A DNA stretch of 61,848 nt, the filler included. It is 10 parts of 10 records of this genome, joined end to end, with 100 filler letters (N's around TTAATTAATTAA, not from the genome) between each part and the next. Parts side by side here need not be neighbours in the genome. Positions count along the whole stretch, not along the records: positions 57,187 to 61,848 come from SRR7504441_3551; 9 more parts are not named here. One strand, 5' to 3'. Positions within the stretch are counted from its first letter, which is position 1. Each line of letters starts with the position of its first letter. Of this stretch, positions 57,320 through 61,848 are shown one piece after another. The notes under the pieces were generated by a model. The model searched no databases. It saw nothing but the letters and a program-made list of their open reading frames with translations, and was not told the DNA's origin. Position numbers and translations under genes: made by a program.

Positions 57320-60300
57320 CTATATTTTGCCTCTAGAACGCAACCGAGTTTCTAGCACGTTCAACCGATCTTCGAGCGCTGAGCCGGCTACTACCAATCG
57401 ACTGCTTGGATCTTCAGACGTTGTGCTGTCCACCAGTCCAGAATCAGCTAAACTACTAATCATTGATCTGAGGTCTGACGTCGTCAGTTGTGTTGACACC
57501 TGCGAGCACGGATCCGAATGGTCATGCATTAGGCAGGAATGCCTGCAACGCAGGGGAAGCGGCCTCATACGAATCGTTGCTGTGTGGCTTAAGAGAGCGC
57601 AACAGCTTCTCGGATGACGCTAGCTGTCGTGAAAGCGGCGACAGCGGCTCTTTACTGCAGCCACGAGGCAATCAAGTTCCGCTCGCAGGTTGCATGCTCA
57701 CCTGGGATCATCTCCTCCTGCTGTCGAGAGCACAGCAGCTCCAATCCGGTCCCACACGATGGCAGCTTCAGCTGCTTGCTCCCCGCCACGATACTGCACG
57801 CACACTCAGGACATCACACGCAGCGCAGCGAACACCTCGGGATCTCGAATTGAACTGAGCTGCTTGGATGCGCCGGCTGTCAGCACAGCAGCCCGTAGCT
57901 CATTGCGGAGCATCTGGATGCCCGCATCAAACACACTGGGATCCCCACTGAACAGAGCCTCCAACATGCCTGGGTCGAGGGGCACCTCCGCATCCACAGC
58001 GCGCACCACCGTCTCAGCCACGCTTTGCAGTCCGGCACAGCGTAAATCGGTCTCAAGCAACCGTTGAACCAGTGGCTGCAGCTGAGACTGCAGCCAGTTA
58101 AACTGGCCCTTCATTCCCCCAAGCATCCCAGCCACATCCGCCTTGAGAGCGTTCAACTGCTCGCGCATGCCACTTGAAGCGCGCTGCCGGACGAGCAACG
58201 CCAAATTCCGGCCAGACGCAGCGGTGCTCCGGGCATCTACCTCGCGCTCAGCTGCCGTCTGGAGATCCTTGTGGCATTCCCGCTTTAGAATGTTGCAGTT
58301 GGCAAGTAGCTGCTGCTCCTGGGCAGCCCAAGTACGCTCGGCCTCGGTGTGCAGCGCCAACAGACGTTCCCGCTCCTGCTGGTGCGCCTTGGCTATTGCA
58401 TCACGGTCGGCTTTGTGCATCATTTCATTCGCGTTAAGCCGCTGCTCAAGTACTCGTACTTGGTCGTCCGCCAGCTTTGCACGCACTGCGGCTTCCTCCT
58501 CTGCGACACGACAGTAAGCCCTGTGCTCCAATTCGAGCCCAGCCTTCTGCTGCTCCAGATTCTGTAGTTGGATTGCCGTGTCACGCCCCGCATTCTCCAA
58601 GGCTGCCGAGTCTCGATTCCATCGATCGTCCCGTTCTGCAATCGCCATCCTTGCCTCGTGCAGCTCACTGTCACCATGTTTGCACCGCGCCTCCAAATGC
58701 TTCACTTGTTTGTCCAACGCCTCCATCTCCGCCGTGCGTGATGTCTCGTTCTCCTCAAGCTCGTCAACCCGCTCCAACAGCTCGCTGCATTTGGCTCGAG
58801 CCTCCACTAACCTGCCTTCCGACTGCTCACCGTCCGCTTGTGCTTGGTGCAGCTGCGACTGTGTCTGTAACTGAAGCTCGCTAGCAGCCGCCAGTTGTTG
58901 TTCCAACTCCTGCTTGCTGCGCTCCAGCGCCTCGAGTGTTTCCTTGAGCGCATCGCCCTCCTTGTCCTTCTGCAACGCGTGCTCTCGAGCTAGCTCCAGC
59001 TTGGCATTTAGCGTTTGCTCGCGGAGCAGCTGCTGCTCTTCGAGCTCTGTCTGCTCCGCCTGCATCTGCTGCTTCAGTTGGACCTGCTGGCCCTCCAGTC
59101 GCTGCGTCAGCTCGGCCGCGAGCTGTTCGCTTTGGGCCTGCAGCTTGCCCTCGCCCTGGGCCTGCAGCTCCACTCGGAGCGCTTGCATGTCTGCTTCCAA
59201 CTGCTCCTTAGCCGCCACGGCCTGTTGCAGCTCCTCCTCCTTCTTGCTCACATCCTTATGCACAGCATCCAGGTGCATTTGCAGCCTCTCGTGCGATGCT
59301 CCGGCATCGATCTGCAGCCGCTGCATAGCGTCTATCGCCGCATGCCGAGCGGCCTCGTTCTCGTAAGCCACGCTGTCGTGTAGCTGCAGCAGCTCGCCTA
59401 GCTGTGAGGTGAGTGCATCCACTGCCAAACACACTTCGCGCACCCTCCCAGTGTTCATGGCCGACTGGTCAGTCATGATGGCCACCCTCTCAAACAGCGG
59501 CCTGTGATCAGCCATGGCCGCCCCGAGTTGTCTCTCCAGCCCAGCAGTCAGACCAGCCCCCTTGCCTTGCCACGCCTCGCACTTCTGCAACGTCTGCGAA
59601 CCATCCGCCAGCAGCAGCACCAACTCGTCCCGGCGCACCTCCCACGAGCCGACTTTCGCCTGGATCGCCGCCAGCTCCTTGGAGCTGGTATCCAACTCCA
59701 TCGTTGTCCGTTGCAGCTCGCTGCCCAGCTTGAGCAAACCTTGCTCAGTCTCGACCCTACGCTGCTCACTCACTCTGGCCACTGCCTCCATCCTGGCCAG
59801 CTGCTTCTGGGTCATTACTAGCTCGCCCTCAGCTCGCGACGCTCTCTCTTCCACCGCTACCAGGTCCGCCCTGTGCACGTGCCCCGCTAGCTGGCTGGCA
59901 GCTTCCTCTCGAGTCTTGGACTCCTTCTCACGCGCCTGCAAGATCTCGCCTCGCGCTCTCTCGATCAGCTGCTGCTTCTCACTCGTCAGCGCTGCAACCC
60001 GCTCCTGCAGCAGCTCCATCTCCCGACTGGCCTGTTCCAACGGGCTGGCGGCCATCGGCCCAGCGGGGGCACCTGATCAGCCATCTCTGCCCCTCGCTGT
60101 TCCGTCTCACCCCTCGACTGCTCACTCTGCTCGAGTGCCTGCCTCAGCTTGTGTGCCTCCTTCACCAGCGTCTCCAGCTGCTCGCTCCGGCCTTCCAGCC
60201 TGCCCGGCAGCTCAGCCGATCCAGCGAGCCGGCTGACCGCGATAGCTCCTGCCTCTGCTTGCCCAGCTTGCCCTCCAGCCTCGCCTGCCCATCGCGCACC

Positions 60301-61235
60301 TCTGCAGGCCAGCTCAGCCACTGGCCAGCCAGCCGGCCACCCGTGGCCTCGGCCACTGCCATGTCCCGCTCATGCTGCAGCACGCTCAGCTTGGCCTCCA
60401 GTTGAGTCTCTCTATCCAGGAGCACCTGCATACCAATCAGCTACGCAGCTCGCTCAGCCACCTCGAGCTTGCCGGTTGCCGACAGATACTTGGCCTGAAG
60501 AGCGCTGGACTGCAGCTCGGCCTGCTGCCCGGCCTGCTGGAGCGCACGCAGTTGCTCGCCGAGCCCAGCAATCTGGGCATCGTGCTGTGCAGCGCTCGAA
60601 CTGACTGCCTGCGCAGCCTGGGCTTGAACTCTCTTGGCATCGGTCTGCAGCTGCTCCAGCTGGCTCTGTTTCAGCGCAGTCTCCGACTCGAGCTCATGCG
60701 CCCGCAGCCCCGACCGGTGCAGCTGTTGCTTGAGCTCGGACAGCTGATGCTCCAGCTCGCTGTTGGCGGCCATCCACTGATCGCGCTCGCCCTCCACCGC
60801 GGTCAGCCGGCCTTTGAGCCTGGCCAGCTCGGCCGCGTTGCCCTGCTTGAGCTGGTCTGCTTGCTGCTCACCCGCGCTTCGGGCCTGGTCGAGCTGCTGC
60901 TGCATCTCGCGCAGCTTGCCCCTCAGCTCGCCGTGCGCCTCCTGCTGCCACTCCCGCTTGGCCGTGGCGATCGCGGCGCTCTGGTGGGTCCCCGCGTCGT
61001 GCAGCTGGGCCCGCAACGTGCCGATCTCGAACCCGGACTGTTCGATGGTCCGGTGCAGCTGCTGGTTGTGCGCCTCGCTAGCGTCCAGCCGCTCGGCCAG
61101 CCGGTCGCACTGGAGCCGAAGCTGGTCGTCGGTCCTGCTCAGCTCGCCCACGATGTTGTTGATCGCCGCGTCCACCTCCCCCCGCCGATTGGCCGGCCCG
61201 ATCAACGAGCCGGCAGCTGGACCGGGCGAGTTCAT
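57320..61235 (-). CDS. Large coiled-coil protein (multi-exon)
   Basis: ORFs 60441..61238, 60162..60431, 59986..60321, 57806..60055 and 57320..57568 are heptad-rich (E/Q/L/A) and linkable by short introns. Junctions are partly inferred. Confidence 0.65.
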
Positions 61236-61379
61236 CACGCGCTAATCGGCCCAACCCGCAGACACGCACTCATCTGCGCATTGTTTGATTCAGTTCGTTT
61301 TTCATCCTTCAGAGATGCGCTGATGCGGGGTTGTAGACGGGGGTGCGGGTAGCGCGTGCAGCGGGCGTCAGAGGGCTGG

Positions 61380-61848
61380 ATGGAGCAGCCCGCGGGCAAG
61401 CGGGCGCAGTTGTCGGGCCGCGAGCTGCTGACGGCCTCCTACGCCACGTGCTTTGCCTCGAGCCACAGCGCGGCCCACTGGACTAAGGTGCGGGCCACCG
61501 CTGCGGGCTGCCCGACCGGCTGGGGCAGGTGGCCGAACTAGAGCAGCAGAACGCGGCCATGTGGAGCCTGCTCCAGGAGCGGGACCAGCTCATCACCCAG
61601 CTGCGCGGCCAGCTACACGCCCAGGCCGTCGAGCAGGAACTGGCCGAGCGGCTGGAGCGGGTGACGGCCGATCGAGATCGACTGACCGGCGAGCTCGGGC
61701 GGAAGAGCGCGGCGGTGGACGAGCTGCTGGGCGTGCTGGCCGAGACCAAGGAGGACGTCACCGCGCTGGTCCACGGGGCGGTGCAAGAGTACACAGACCA
61801 GCTGGCTCTCGCCAGGAAGGAGCAACAGCAGCTCGCCCACCAGGCGAG
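61380..61848 (+). CDS. Coiled-coil protein, 3' truncated by window end
   Basis: ATG 61380 MEQPAGKRAQ..WTK, then a ~41-nt GT-AG intron, then VAELEQQNAAMWSLLQERDQLITQLR open to the end. Confidence 0.55.

Noticed and set aside
1-61848. rRNA, tRNA, snRNA or viral hallmark genes
   Set aside because: None recognisable by eye; small ncRNAs cannot be excluded without a covariance-model search.

Overview
This window is eukaryotic nuclear DNA from a compact, GC-rich protist-like genome; the lineage cannot be determined from sequence alone. It is not contiguous: ten contigs are joined by nine artificial 100-nt linkers (44 N + TTAATTAATTAA + 44 N), so gene neighbourhoods mean nothing across linkers. About 30 tightly packed genes are present, often head-to-head with under 170 bp between starts. 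Most are split by tiny introns of about 35-50 nt, which fragments the ORF track. After manual splicing I recognise ECO1, RRS1, RPT5/PSMC3 (3' part), SGTA, an SLC35E-type transporter, a trefoil-GH15 glucoamylase, a DUF2961 protein, an LPMO, RCC1 and WD40 repeat proteins, a ShK-LRR protein and several large coiled-coil proteins. Main leads: (1) a ~40-nt intron system with frequent GC donors, G-rich 3' ends and a GAG-type branch-like motif; (2) a KDM5-like demethylase with chromo, Tudor-like, C5HC2, ADD and 4CXXC-like domains; (3) a sirtuin-GNAT fusion; (4) two intact-looking genes with no available AUG; (5) an LPMO with Trp at the axial position; (6) a TACATGTA palindrome enriched near gene 3' ends. 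All domain calls are by-eye motif recognition, not database searches.
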